Origin: Eledone cirrhosa
Lineage: Eukaryota
Direction: 5' to 3'
DNA length: 64,000 nucleotides
NCBI GenBank assembly: GCA_964016885.1
Contig: OZ024742.1
Location: 374,480,001-374,544,000 of the forward strand
Below, in pieces: positions 34,856 through 47,334 of the stretch. Position 1 is the stretch's first letter. Each line of letters opens with the position of its first letter. The notes under the pieces are model-generated. The model worked only from the letters and a program-made list of their open reading frames with translations, was not told the origin of the DNA and searched no databases. The translations under genes were made by a program, and so were the position numbers.

Positions 34856-36365
34856 CACACACACAGACATAGACAGACACAAAACAATATAACCTGACTC
34901 ATCCAAGTGTCCCCTCACTCTCCCACTAATACTCCAGCAGCTATACTCACCACCACCACCACCCATGCCCCCTTACATCCCCTCCCTATTGCATAACTAG
35001 TCTCTATCCTTTGTACATCCATACCCTCCCCACAGCACTACATCCCCTTACTCAACACCCTGCCAAATCACTACATACACCTGACTTCATACATATCTCT
35101 TCTCCCTCCCCGGAGCAGAGAGGGCTCTTCAGTTGGGTCTAGAACCAACAACCACAAATGCACCCAGTACTCCCTGTAAAGTGGTTGATGACAGGAAGGA
35201 CATCCCACTGTAGAAACCATTCCTAAAGGGGTTGAGAGGGCCCCCTTAGTTGTGTCAATGGCACAACACTCTACGTAGTGTTGGTGATCTACATGATAAA
35301 CGCACCAAGTACACTCTGTAAAGTGGTTGGTGATAGAAAGACCATCCAGCTATAGAAAACTTGCCAAACAATGATTTTGTAGGACCTTTCAGTTGTGCCA
35401 TGATAAAATACACACGGTTCTGTATTTTTCCAAGTGTAAGGGAGATGTGAGCCCTTAGCCTGTCTAGTAGGTCAGTGACCCCACTTCAGTACAGACATAG
35501 TTGAAGAAGACTTATCCAACCCTTGCTTGCAGGGGTTGTGGGCCTTAAATGTGTGTATGTGTATATATATATATATATATATCATTGTCGTTTTTAAGTC
35601 TGCTTTTCCATGCTTCTATAGGTTGGATGGGTCCTTCTCGGCATGGCATCCCTCCACTTACCACAATCCTTCATCACCTAAGTCTGTAATTTGGGGCAGC
35701 TCTGACAACCTCTACGCAGGTCTTTCTTGGTCTACCTCTACTGCGACTTCCTTCCACCCTGTATGATATCTGGTGCTTTAACAACAAAGCACCCAGTTAT
35801 CAGGCCTCTAATATCAGCTAGTCAACCCTGTAAAGTGGTCATGCTGGTGACATGACAAAAAGTACCCAGTCCACACTGTAATGAGGATTGCGTTAAGGAA
35901 AGGCTTCAGCTGTAGAAACCAAGCCAGTTCTGTATAAGCAAAACATGGTTTCCTGACCTGACTTGTCTTATAACATGACAACCCGTCTAACCCATGCAGG
36001 CATGGAAAAATAGACATTAAATGGTGGTGATGGTGTATGAATAATGCACGCAGTGCACTCTGTAAAGTGGTTGTTGTTAGGAAGGATCTCTTTTTTAGTT
36101 TTTATCTCTTTGTTAATGTGTTAATTTTTCCTGCAGTTGTTTAACAGATGCTGTTTGAGTCACACCATATGACACCACATCCTGTCTTAAACTGATTATA
36201 GCCTCTACATCACTGTCTTCCCTTCTGTTGATACCAGTTGTCTTATGTAATAACTTGCATAAATCTGATATAACAATGATTTCTAATCTCTTCGCAGTTG
36301 CTACCTGTGCTATATTGTTTGGTTTGTATTTAATGTAGTTTTCTCTTCTATTTTCATTCATTTAG

Positions 36366-36457
36366 GTGGTAAGAAACATAAAGATCCTGTTGACCTCCTC
36401 AACAAACAGACATGTTTGGAGGCTCTGGCAGTTCTGAGGCATGCCAAATGGTTTCAG
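36366..36457 (+). CDS. ZFR: DZF-domain zinc finger RNA-binding protein exon ([30 protein letters not shown])
   Basis: tttag acceptor and gtaag donor; LRHAKWFQ hallmark of ZFR/ILF3/STRBP DZF domains. Confidence 0.9.
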
Positions 36458-36559
36458 GTAAGATTCTTTAATGTCTAACTTTAAAACAAGACTTGATGAC
36501 AGCTTTCTTCATGATTAATATACTTTCTTTCCCTTATTATTTGAAGAAACTAATATTAA

Positions 36560-37260
36560 GGGCAGTGGAGGATTACCGGACATCGTTTCACAATAGAGTT
36601 ACATCCCTTTACATTCTGGGTTCAAATCCTGCCGAGGTTAACTTTACCTTTCAGCCTTACAGGGTCGATGAAATAAAGTACCAGTAACTCACTGGGGTCG
36701 ATTTGACTCTCTCCCCCACAAATTACTGGCCTTGGGCCTAAAGTAGAAATCATTGTTATTATTATTACTAGGGTAGTGGATTAACAGTATCGGTAGAGTC
36801 AGACTCCATGCTTTGACACATAGTTACGGCCCTTTCCATTCTGAGTTCAAATCCCGCCGAGGTTAACTTTGCCTTTCATCCTTACGGGGGTTGATAAAAT
36901 AAAGTACCAGTAATGCACTGGGATAATTGCTGGCCTTGTGCCTAAAGTAGAAACAATTATCATTATTATTACTAGGGTGGTGGATTGGCAGTAATCAGTA
37001 GAGCATTGAACAACATGCTTTGCAGTCCCTTACGTTCTGATCTGAAATCCTCCCACCGTTGGCCTTGCCTTTCATCCTTACAGGGTCTATAAAATGAAGT
37101 ACCAGTAATGCACTGGAGTCAATTTAATTGACTTTCCCCTTCCCTTCAAATATCTGGCTTTGTGCCAAAAGTAGACATAATTAAGAGCAGGAGATTGGCA
37201 GAATCAGTAGAGCCTTGGACACCATGCTTTGTGGCAGTTATAGCCCTTGTATTCTGAGAC
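36560..37260 (+). mobile_element. Tandem head-to-tail cluster of 3-4 Meta-domain-like SINEs
   Basis: Repeated gttcaaatcc..gccgaggttaactttgcctttcatccttac..aagtaccag units with (att)n tails. Confidence 0.7.
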
Positions 37261-38201
37261 CAGCTTCAAGATGTCCTCTCTCTCTCTCTCTCTGACTACA
37301 GTTTTTACATTTGAACAAATAAAAGGCACCCAGTCCACACTGGTGTTAGGAAGGGCATCCATCCACAGAAACCAAGCCAGTAACAGTTCTTTATGAACAA
37401 GACAAGTCACCTGATGCGACTTGTCTCATAATGGGACAACTTATCTAAACCATGCTAGTCTATAAAATAGACATTAAGCGATGGTGATGATACAGATATC
37501 ATCCTCATGGTGATAGGAAAGGCATCCAGGGTTGGGAAGACCGTCAGTTGTGTCAAAGGTGTGACAACCTCTCCTGAGCACTCAAGGGAACATGTAACCA
37601 TACATAAGGAAGGCACAGATCCCTGGGAGATCAACGGCCCCGCTTCAGTATAAACTTGGTCTATATAGACCCATCCAGCCCTTGCTAGCAGGGAAATGTT
37701 ATGTTGTTTACCAATGGGTAGAACTGGTGATTCCAGCTAGTAAATGATGATGCAAAAATTAAAGCACTCAACATTATGCAAATCATCCATCGTAGATGTG
37801 GCATCTCATGAGTGGTGCAGGGACAGAGTTAAATATTCATTAAAAACAACAGCTTGCAAGCAGGGAAAAGTAGATGTAAATTGATGGTGAACAGATGGCT
37901 GGACTCACAACCAGACAACTTGTCTAATCTAATGTTTGCATGAAAGTCGCCAACACTACACCTGATATCCCCCCTCCATACACACGCACACATGTATATC
38001 ATGACTCATACATGTTCAGTTTCCTGACATTTCTATATTATTCTATGTACTATACGTGCACCTTTGATGAGTTGTAGTGCACCTGAGCACTACACAATAA
38101 TTTCATTATTATTATATAAAGTAAGGATGATGTATGTATGTCTTTTAAATTTTATATCTAAATGTGGTAATACAATTTCTCTAATAATGTCTTCTGTGTA
38201 G

Positions 38202-38297
38202 GCACGAGCTACTGGTCTTCCATCGTGTGTTGTGGTATTACGGATCCTCCGAGACTTACGCCAAAGAAACCCAGTATGGGCTCCACTTAGTGAATGG
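38202..38297 (+). CDS. ZFR: ZFR-like exon ([32 protein letters not shown])
   Basis: tgtag/gtaagt splice sites, phase 0-0, continues the DZF domain. Confidence 0.92.
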
Positions 38298-38368
38298 GTA
38301 AGTAAAAAGTGATTATTTAACAAAGTATGAAATATGAATGACTTATTCTTTCTTGCTGTTATCTCTGA

Positions 38369-38548
<180 letters not shown>

Positions 38549-39199
38549 TAATTACTACAGTGAAGGAACAGGTGAAATTGTTGAGCACTGAACTAAATAT
38601 GTAGTATTTTATCTTCATACATTGAACCCTTTCATTACCATATTTCTAATGAAATACACCACTTATGTTTAATTAATTTTATAAATAATCAACAATTTGA
38701 TGGGATTTATTAAAATTACTAACCATATTATTAAGCCAGTGTTTAGTTCAGTCATAGGCAAACTGCAGCCCATTTTGCTTTCTGAATGACACGCTTAATT
38801 TCAAAACTGCTTTGAATATTTTAGTAGTGCGGCCTTATAAGTCACATCCTATGTGGCCCACTGTTCCTATGTTGCCCATGCTTGCTTTAGTTCATAGCTT
38901 AACAATGATATTAAATAAGAACAGTTTAAAAGAAGATTTGTCATTAAAAAAATTAAGTTGGAGTTAAGCAAAACTATCACTGAATATCTTTACATGTCCT
39001 GGAGGTTGTTCTGTTTATTTACTTGTCTCCTCAAGCATTTTGTTTTAGTCTCTCTCTTTCTCTCTCTCTCTCGCTGTCTCCTCCTACTCTGGCAAGTAGC
39101 ATATAGCTAATGCCCACTCTCATTCTTACCTTACCAATGGCCAGTGCCTCCCCAGACTGGCCAAGGATGCAACTAGCACTCTAGAGTCGTAAAGAGATA

Positions 39200-42100
39200 A
39201 TGTTGATGTCATAATAAAATGCACATAGTCCACACTGTAAGGTGGTAGTGTTGATGTCATGACAAGAAGTATCTAGTCCACACTGTAAGGTGGTAGTGTT
39301 GGTGTCATGACAAGAAGTATCTAGTCCACACTGTTAGGTGGTAGTGTTGGTGTCATGACAAGAAGTATCTAGTCCACACTGTTAGGTGGTAGTGTTGGTG
39401 TCATGACAAGAAGTATCTAGTCCACACTGTAAGGTGGTAGTGTTGGTGTCATGACAAGAAGTATCTAGTCCACACTGTAAGGTGGTAGTGTTGGTGTCAT
39501 GACAAGAAGTATCTAGTCCACACTGTAAGGTGGTAGTGTTGGTGTCATGACAAGAAGTATCTAGTCCACACTGTTAGGTGGTAGTGTTGGTGTCATGACA
39601 AGAAGTATCTAGTCCACACTGTTAGGTGGTAGTGTTGGTGTCATGACAAGAAGTATCTAGTCCACACTGTAAGGTGGTAGTGTTGGTGTCATGACAAGAA
39701 GTATCTAGTCCACACTGTTAGGTGGTAGTGTTGGTGTCATGACAAGAAGTATCTAGTCCACACTGTAAGGTGGTAGTGTTGGTGTCATGACAAGAAGTAT
39801 CTAGTCCACACTGTTAGGTGGTAGTGTTGGTGTCATGACAAGAAGTATCTAGTCCACACTGTAAGGTGGTAGTGTTGGTGTCATGACAAGAAGTATCTAG
39901 TCCACACTGTTAGGTGGTAGTGTTGGTGTCATGACAAGAAGTATCTAGTCCACACTGTAAGGTGGTAGTGTTGGTGTCATGACAAGAAGTATCTAGTCCA
40001 CACTGTTAGGTGGTAGTGTTGGTGTCATGACAAGAAGTATCTAGTCCACACTGTAAGGTGGTAGTGTTGGTGTCATGACAAGAAGTATCTAGTCCACACT
40101 GTAAGGTGGTAGTGTTGGTGTCATGACAAGAAGTATCTAGTCCACACTGTTAGGTGGTAGTGTTGGTGTCATGACAAGAAGTATCTAGTCCACACTGTTA
40201 GGTGGTAGTGTTGGTGTCATGACAAGAAGTATCTAGTCCACACTGTTAGGTGGTAGTGTTGGTGTCATGACAAGAAGTATCTAGTCCACACTGTAAGGTG
40301 GTAGTGTTGGTGTCATGACAAGAAGTATCTAGTCCACACTGTAAGGTGGTAGTGTTGGTGTCATGACAAGAAGTATCTAGTCCACACTGTTAGGTGGTAG
40401 TGTTGGTGTCATGACAAGAAGTATCTAGTCCACACTGTTAGGTGGTAGTGTTGGTGTCATGACAAGAAGTATCTAGTCCACACTGTAAGGTGGTAGTGTT
40501 GGTGTCATGACAAGAAGTATCTAGTCCACACTGTAAGGTGGTAGTGTTGGTGTCATGACAAGAAGTATCTAGTCCACACTGTAAGGTGGTAGTGTTGGTG
40601 TCATGACAAGAAGTATCTAGTCCACACTGTAAGGTGGTAGTGTTGGTGTCATGACAAGAAGTATCTAGTCCACACTGTAAGGTGGTAGTGTTGGTGTCAT
40701 GACAAGAAGTATCTAGTCCACACTGTAAGGTGGTAGTGTTGGTGTCATGACAAGAAGTATCTAGTCCACACTGTAAGGTGGTAGTGTTGGTGTCATGACA
40801 AGAAGTATCTAGTCCACACTGTAAGGTGGTAGTGTTGGTGTCATGACAAGAAGTATCTAGTCCACACTGTAAGGTGGTAGTGTTGGTGTCATGACAAGAA
40901 GTATCTAGTCCACACTGTAAGGTGGTAGTGTTGGTGTCATGACAAGAAGTATCTAGTCCACACTGTAAGGTGGTAGTGTTGGTGTCATGACAAGAAGTAT
41001 CTAGTCCACACTGTAAGGTGGTAGTGTTGGTGTCATGACAAGAAGTATCTAGTCCACACTGTAAGGTGGTAGTGTTGGTGTCATGACAAGAAGTATCTAG
41101 TCCACACTGTAAGGTGGTAGTGTTGGTGTCATGACAAGAAGTATCTAGTCCACACTGTAAGGTGGTAGTGTTGGTGTCATGACAAGAAGTATCTAGTCCA
41201 CACTGTTAGGTGGTAGTGTTGGTGTCATGACAAGAAGTATCTAGTCCACACTGTAAGGTGGTAGTGTTGGTGTCATGACAAGAAGTATCTAGTCCACACT
41301 GTAAGGTGGTAGTGTTGGTGTCATGACAAGAAGTATCTAGTCCACACTGTAAGGTGGTAGTGTTGGTGTCATGACAAGAAGTATCTAGTCCACACTGTAA
41401 GGTGGTAGTGTTGGTGTCATGACAAGAAGTATCTAGTCCACACTGTAAGGTGGTAGTGTTGGTGTCATGACAAGAAGTATCTAGTCCACACTGTAAGGTG
41501 GTAGTGTTGGTGTCATGACAAGAAGTATCTAGTCCACACTGTAAGGTGGTAGTGTTGGTGTCATGACAAGAAGTATCTAGTCCACACTGTAAGGTGGTAG
41601 TGTTGGTGTCATGACAAGAAGTATCTAGTCCACACTGTAAGGTGGTAGTGTTGGTGTCATGACAAGAAGTATCTAGTCCACACTGTAAGGTGGTAGTGTT
41701 GGTGTCATGACAAGAAGTATCTAGTCCACACTGTTAGGTGGTAGTGTTGGTGTCATGACAAGAAGTATCTAGTCCACACTGTTAGGTGGTAGTGTTGGTG
41801 TCATGACAAGAAGTATCTAGTCCACACTGTTAGGTGGTAGTGTTGGTGTCATGACAAGAAGTATCTAGTCCACACTGTAAGGTGGTAGTGTTGGTGTCAT
41901 GACAAGAAGTATCTAGTCCACACTGTTAGGTGGTAGTGTTGGTGTCATGACAAGAAGTATCTAGTCCACACTGTAAGGTGGTAGTGTTGGTGTCATGACA
42001 AGAAGTATCTAGTCCACACTGTTAGGTGGTAGTGTTGGTGTCATGACAAGAAGTATCTAGTCCACACTGTAAGGTGGTAGTGTTGGTGTCATGACAAGAA

Positions 42101-42226
42101 GTATCTAGTCCACACTGTAAGGTGGTAGTGTTGGTGTCATGACAAGAAGTATCTAGTCCACACTGTAAGGTGGTAGTGTTGGTGTCATGACAAGAAGTAT
42201 CTAGTCCACACTGTTAGGTGGTAGTG
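39200..42226. repeat. 48-bp tandem satellite, ~62 copies, intronic
   Basis: Unit gtccacactgtWaggtggtagtgttggtgtcatgacaagaagtatcta. Confidence 0.98.
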
Positions 42227-42430
42227 CTCCTCATATGTTCCTACACTCTACCAACAGCTCTGGGGAGTGGGGCTGCTCCTTGCATATGTTCCTATACTCT
42301 TCCAAGTGTTCAGAGGTGCCACCAGCCTGCATCTCACTTACATATATATAATTCTATTAAAATAGCAGAAAACGAGTAATGTTGAAATTTAGATTTAATA
42401 TTCTAATATAGACTTTGTAACTGGTTTTAA

Positions 42431-42553
<123 letters not shown>

Positions 42554-42841
42554 TAGTAAACAGGTGGCAAAGAAATTGCTTAACTTTGACACACTTTGAG
42601 GCTAAAATAAGCTAGAATCTTATCGATCTCTACTTATATTTATAAGCTGATGAAACTCATTGGCATACAGAGCTGTAGCTGTCCAGGCTTAAATTAGAAA
42701 TGTCGGAGCACCAATACGAATTTGTTCTAAAATGTTTTCATTCATGCCAGAAATAAAATACACATAATCCAGTACCAACATATTTTATATCTTGCTACAC
42801 GCATACACAATGTAATATACTGTGTTTATATATATTTGCAG

Positions 42842-42986
42842 CACACACTCCGATTAATAGCATTTCGTCAAATCCATAAAGTTCTTGAGATGGAGCAGTT
42901 ACCATTGCCACGTTTCAGGCGGAAAAACTTCAAGCCGCGTAAACGCAAGCGTGCAGTCGATGGTGATGCTGTCGTTGATGGCGATG
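42842..42986 (+). CDS. ZFR: ZFR-like exon (HTLRLIAFRQIHKVLEME...RKRKR basic NLS-like)
   Basis: ttgcag/gtaagt splice sites; LRLIAFRQIHKVL end of the DZF domain followed by a short basic tail as in ZFR. Confidence 0.9.
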
Positions 42987-43409
42987 GTAAGTATGCCAAC
43001 ATTTCTTCTCACCCACCACTACCACCTTCACCACCTACACCATCCACTACACACATTCCTGCACAAATTCTCTGAAATATTTCAAAAACAGTTTTAAATA
43101 TTTACATAATACAGGTAATGTTTCTCATATTGCATAATTTGTTGATCATCTTGCAATTTGTAATGTGTGTAGTTTTCTATCCAGTGTGTAGTAATACCTT
43201 CTTGTAGTAGTCGTGTAACATTATGCTATGTTAACTTATTCTAATGTACTGTTCGTTTATTTGTTGTTTCCTTTTGCTCCAAGAAAAATTTAATATTTAG
43301 TGAGTACTGAGTTGTTTATTGTAATTTTTAGTAGTTGTAGTTTTAATAGTTGTTTTAGTTGTTGAAGTACATGTAGTTCTAGTTGTTATTGCGATACTAT
43401 ATCTCATTG

Positions 43410-43790
43410 TTTAACATATGTTCTCCCTGTTAGCAAGGGTTGGACGGGTCATATCAGGCCAAGTCAGTACTCCAGTAAAGCTACTAACTACTCAGACAGA
43501 CCAAGAGGGGGGGGGGGGGGGGGCTGTATCTCGTATACATTCGTTTCTGCACTCTAAAATGCATTTTATCATGGCATCAACACTGGTGAGGTTGTCAGGT
43601 TTTCTACAGCTGGATGTCCTTCCTATCATCAACCACTTAATAGTGTACTGGATATGTTTCATGACATTAACACTAGCGAGGCTGGGTGCCCTCCCTATCA
43701 TCAACCACTTAATAGAATGTACTGGCTATATTTTGTAAATCACTAACACTGGCGAGGTTGTCGTGTTTTTGACACAGCTGGTGTTTATAA
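43410..43790 (-). mobile_element. Decayed RTE/SINE 3' region
   Basis: tttctacagctggatgtccttcctatcatcaaccac motif, partly duplicated. Confidence 0.55.
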
Positions 43791-44952
43791 CAAAGCAATA
43801 ATCAAAATCTTCAATCCTCAAATATTATAACAGCGTAACTTTTGTTTCAGTTGTTATTGTCACAAATTTAGACAGTCTGAATATAGAAAAGTATATTACT
43901 GCTTCCTAAGTTGAAACAAACAACCTTTTAGTTCTGTTTGAAAATATTTCTTAAATTGCACCAAAGTTGACTGTTAAAAAATCTCATCGCATCAATTTCA
44001 GATTTATGTTGGGCTCAGTTTCTTTGATCATTTTAATTTAATAATTAGAAATAGGAAATGGCATTTATCTGCTGTGGATGTGTGTGTATACATACATTAA
44101 AACAACAGAAGGCAGGACTGGAAAATTTACTTTAGAATTTTGATTCCGGGAAAACACTATACATATTTTGATGGCCCAGCTCTATCCGATTATGATGCAT
44201 GACTAGGCGATCTCATCAGGTATTATTTACAGAATTATGTAACAGGATTACGTTGAACCCAAACATTGAATAGAAGATCGAAATAGAAAATTCGATTTGG
44301 GGACAGCCTGCCAATATGGTGTTATAGCAATAGCAGACGGTCCCTGAATATCACATCTACAATGGATGATTTGCATAACATTGATTGCTTTAATTAATTT
44401 GTTGCATCATCGTTTAACAATCCAAACTACCAGTTCTACCCATTGTAAACAGCCTAACATAAATGATATATATATATATATACACACAGACTACCACAAT
44501 GATATATGTCTGGACAATGTGGGAGAACACTCTCCAATGTATAAAACCCCACCGTCTCAGTGGACAGGATAGAGAAAGCATTACCCTGGGAGATAGCAAG
44601 GGAGAAATAGTTCCAAGTGGCGTGGCTTAGTCCTGTGGGTGGCTAACTCAGTTGTAATGTTCTATTTACATCTTTTAATGAGGAATGTATTCACCTCTGT
44701 CTCAATAATCAATGTTCTGGTTGCTGAAAGAAACAATAGCCAGCTCATGAAATTTATGTGTAAGTGGCTGAGCATTCCACAGACATTTGTACCCTTAATG
44801 TAATTCTTGGATCAATTTAGGATAACAGTGTGTGCCATGGCTGGCCATCCCTTTCAATTAGTGGTACAGTTCATCTGACAGGCATCTATATAGTCTTTTT
44901 CAGCATTATTTCACTCACAGGTCATGGGTCAACCCTAAGTTATAGTAAATGA

Positions 44953-45115
44953 CAGGCATGTAAAACTGAGGGTCCCCCAAGAGCCACATGGGTCACGTGT
45001 GTTGTCTGAGGACCACACATTACAACTAATCTTATGAAGATAAAACATGCTTGCACTGTAAAAACCTTTGTAAAGGGCCACATGTGGCCCGCAGGTTGTA
45101 TATTTGACATGCCTG
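44953..45115. mobile_element. hAT-type MITE with 8-bp TSD
   Basis: TIRs caggcatgtaaaa / tttgacatgcctg; TSD gtaaatga at 44945-44952 and 45116-45123. Confidence 0.85.
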
Positions 45116-46865
45116 GTAAATGATACTTAATATAATCACACTGTGGGATAAAACCAATGATCTGATGATTACCAAGTTAGTTCCACATTTCTGATGAAAG
45201 CAACAGTTGTAGCCAACTTTTCCTTTCCAGATAACAAGATTGTCTTCTTCAGAGACACTCTCCTCCTTCTTTAATAAGACATTTTTTTGTTTGGGTCTGG
45301 CAGAGAGTCACTGATTTCATTTCATTTTCATTGAAAAGTCTTTTTCAGTGTAGATAAACCTGGTAACTAATCTTGAACCAGTTGGGAAACACTGGCCAAC
45401 TTCATTAATTACTTTTTGGGTTTTTCATTGTCTCTTCAGCCCAGCTTTGAATTTTTATAATCAACTTTGCCACTTCTCTTATTGGTGTGAGTATTTATAA
45501 ATTCTTGCTTTATATCTGCTGATTTGTTCATAACGCCAAAACAAGTTGCTGAAGGCTTTACTAAATTCATCAAAAATAAAGAAATAGTCATGATGTGAAA
45601 ACCTCTCTCTCTTGCTCTCTTTCTCTCTCTGCCTTGCTAGCTTAAAACAGACTCCATTGTGGATGGCTTATTTGAAAAATGTAAACACTCAAAGCTTAAG
45701 CAGTAAGTTATTAATACAAACTGAAGTTGTTGGCATCAAAGGTTAATAAAGATTAAAGATCTCGGGTTTAGATTGGATATTAGTTCATTGTATAATTTGT
45801 TAATTTAGTTGGTTTCTAATGTGTTTATTTAGTTGGTTGGTAATTAAATGGTTTGGTGATGAATTAGGTCAGCACTGAATTAGAAGCAACAAATCATACT
45901 CTACCTCATAATCAGATGTACAAACATAACCAAGAAGTAAGGAGAACATTCATCATCATCATCAATAATTTAGTGTCCATTTATCTATGTTGACATGATT
46001 TGTAACAGTCTGCAGTACAGTATATTGTTACTATTTGTTCATCTCTTGCCTAAAACCAAACATTTATTTATGTTGACATTGTTTATAGCAGTGACATCTC
46101 TTTCCTAAAACCAAACATATTTAGATATAACCTCGCTATTTCTTCCCTTTCTTCCATATCTACAATCCATCAACAGCACTTGGCACTTTTTCATCCAGCA
46201 CTCATCATCTATATCCATACCTTGCAGTCACGTCATCTGTACACTTTCATCTGATGTTTTTTTAATGCCAAACCACTCTATCATGTTTCTTCAGCACTGC
46301 CTTCCAGGTTATGATAATGTCATACATCTAACAAATCATTGCTCACTTTCTTTTGTTTTAATCTCCAGATTCTATATCCATGTCTTCATCATATTTATAT
46401 TCAATATTATGACAAAAGAATCTATGCTAGCCATGATCACAAAATGAAATTTCCCTTTTTTGTCTCCTTATGATGCTTGGTTTTATTTCTGTTGTGTATA
46501 ACATTTGCCTGATGTGTTTAAAGTTCTGTCTTTAACTTGTCTGATACAATTCTATACTTGAAGTTGTGTTTATATTAACTTGTCTGATACAATTCTATAC
46601 TTGAAGTTCGAATTTGCTCTATTTTGTAGATTAAAATAAAAAAAAACAATCTTTTCCTGTAATTATTAAATATATGTACAGTGGAGTTCTCATGGATTAT
46701 TTATAACATTTAAATTGGGGTTGGGGTAAAAATATGTTGTATGGCATTGATTTCACTTTCTGAAGATGGGAACTGTGGTCTTTTGTGTACTAGGTACACT
46801 TGTAGAATAACCTATTGATTACTACGGATACTGATTGGAAAAATAGAACAGCCACTTTTTGTGTA

Positions 46866-47016
46866 AGTGGACACAGTATGGTCAAATAAATATGTTGGAC
46901 ACACTATGGCCAAATCTACGTTGGACACAGTATGGCCAAATGTATGTGTTGGACACAGCATGGCCAAATATATATGTTGGACATAGCATTGCCAAATATA
47001 TGTTGGACACAGTATG
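46866..47016. repeat. ~28-bp minisatellite, ~5 copies
   Basis: tgttggacacagtatggccaaatatata units. Confidence 0.8.
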
Positions 47017-47330
47017 GCCGAGTAGTTAAAAAGTTAGCTTGGCAATCATTAGGTCCCAGGTTCAATTCCACTGTCTGACACCTCGGGCAAATTATTATTG
47101 ACTCAGATAAACACATTCCTTATTAGTAAAACTTGAAGCCCATCAAATAGACTGTCACTGTAATTCATAGGGCCAACCTTGTCACACAGTGTCACACTGA
47201 ATCTCCCTGAGAATCAAGTTAAGGGTACATGTTTTCCTGTGGAATATTCAGCCACTTACATGTTAATTTCATGAGCAGGCTATTCCATTGATCTAGAAGA
47301 CTTATTGCTGAAACCAACAGAAGCCATTCC
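47013..47330 (+). mobile_element. Decayed tRNA-derived SINE (related fragment on - strand at ~44720-44870)
   Basis: tggccgagtagtt A-box-like and ggttcaattcc B box; gttaagggtacatg..tcagccacttaca body mirrored at 44741-44850. Confidence 0.55.
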
Positions 47331-47334
47331 ACTT

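Noticed and set aside
38090-38323. Minus-strand 77-aa ORF
   Set aside because: Antisense shadow of a ZFR exon.
46531-46608. ~34-bp direct repeat ttaacttgtctgatacaattctatacttgaagtt
   Set aside because: Simple local duplication with no other associated structure.
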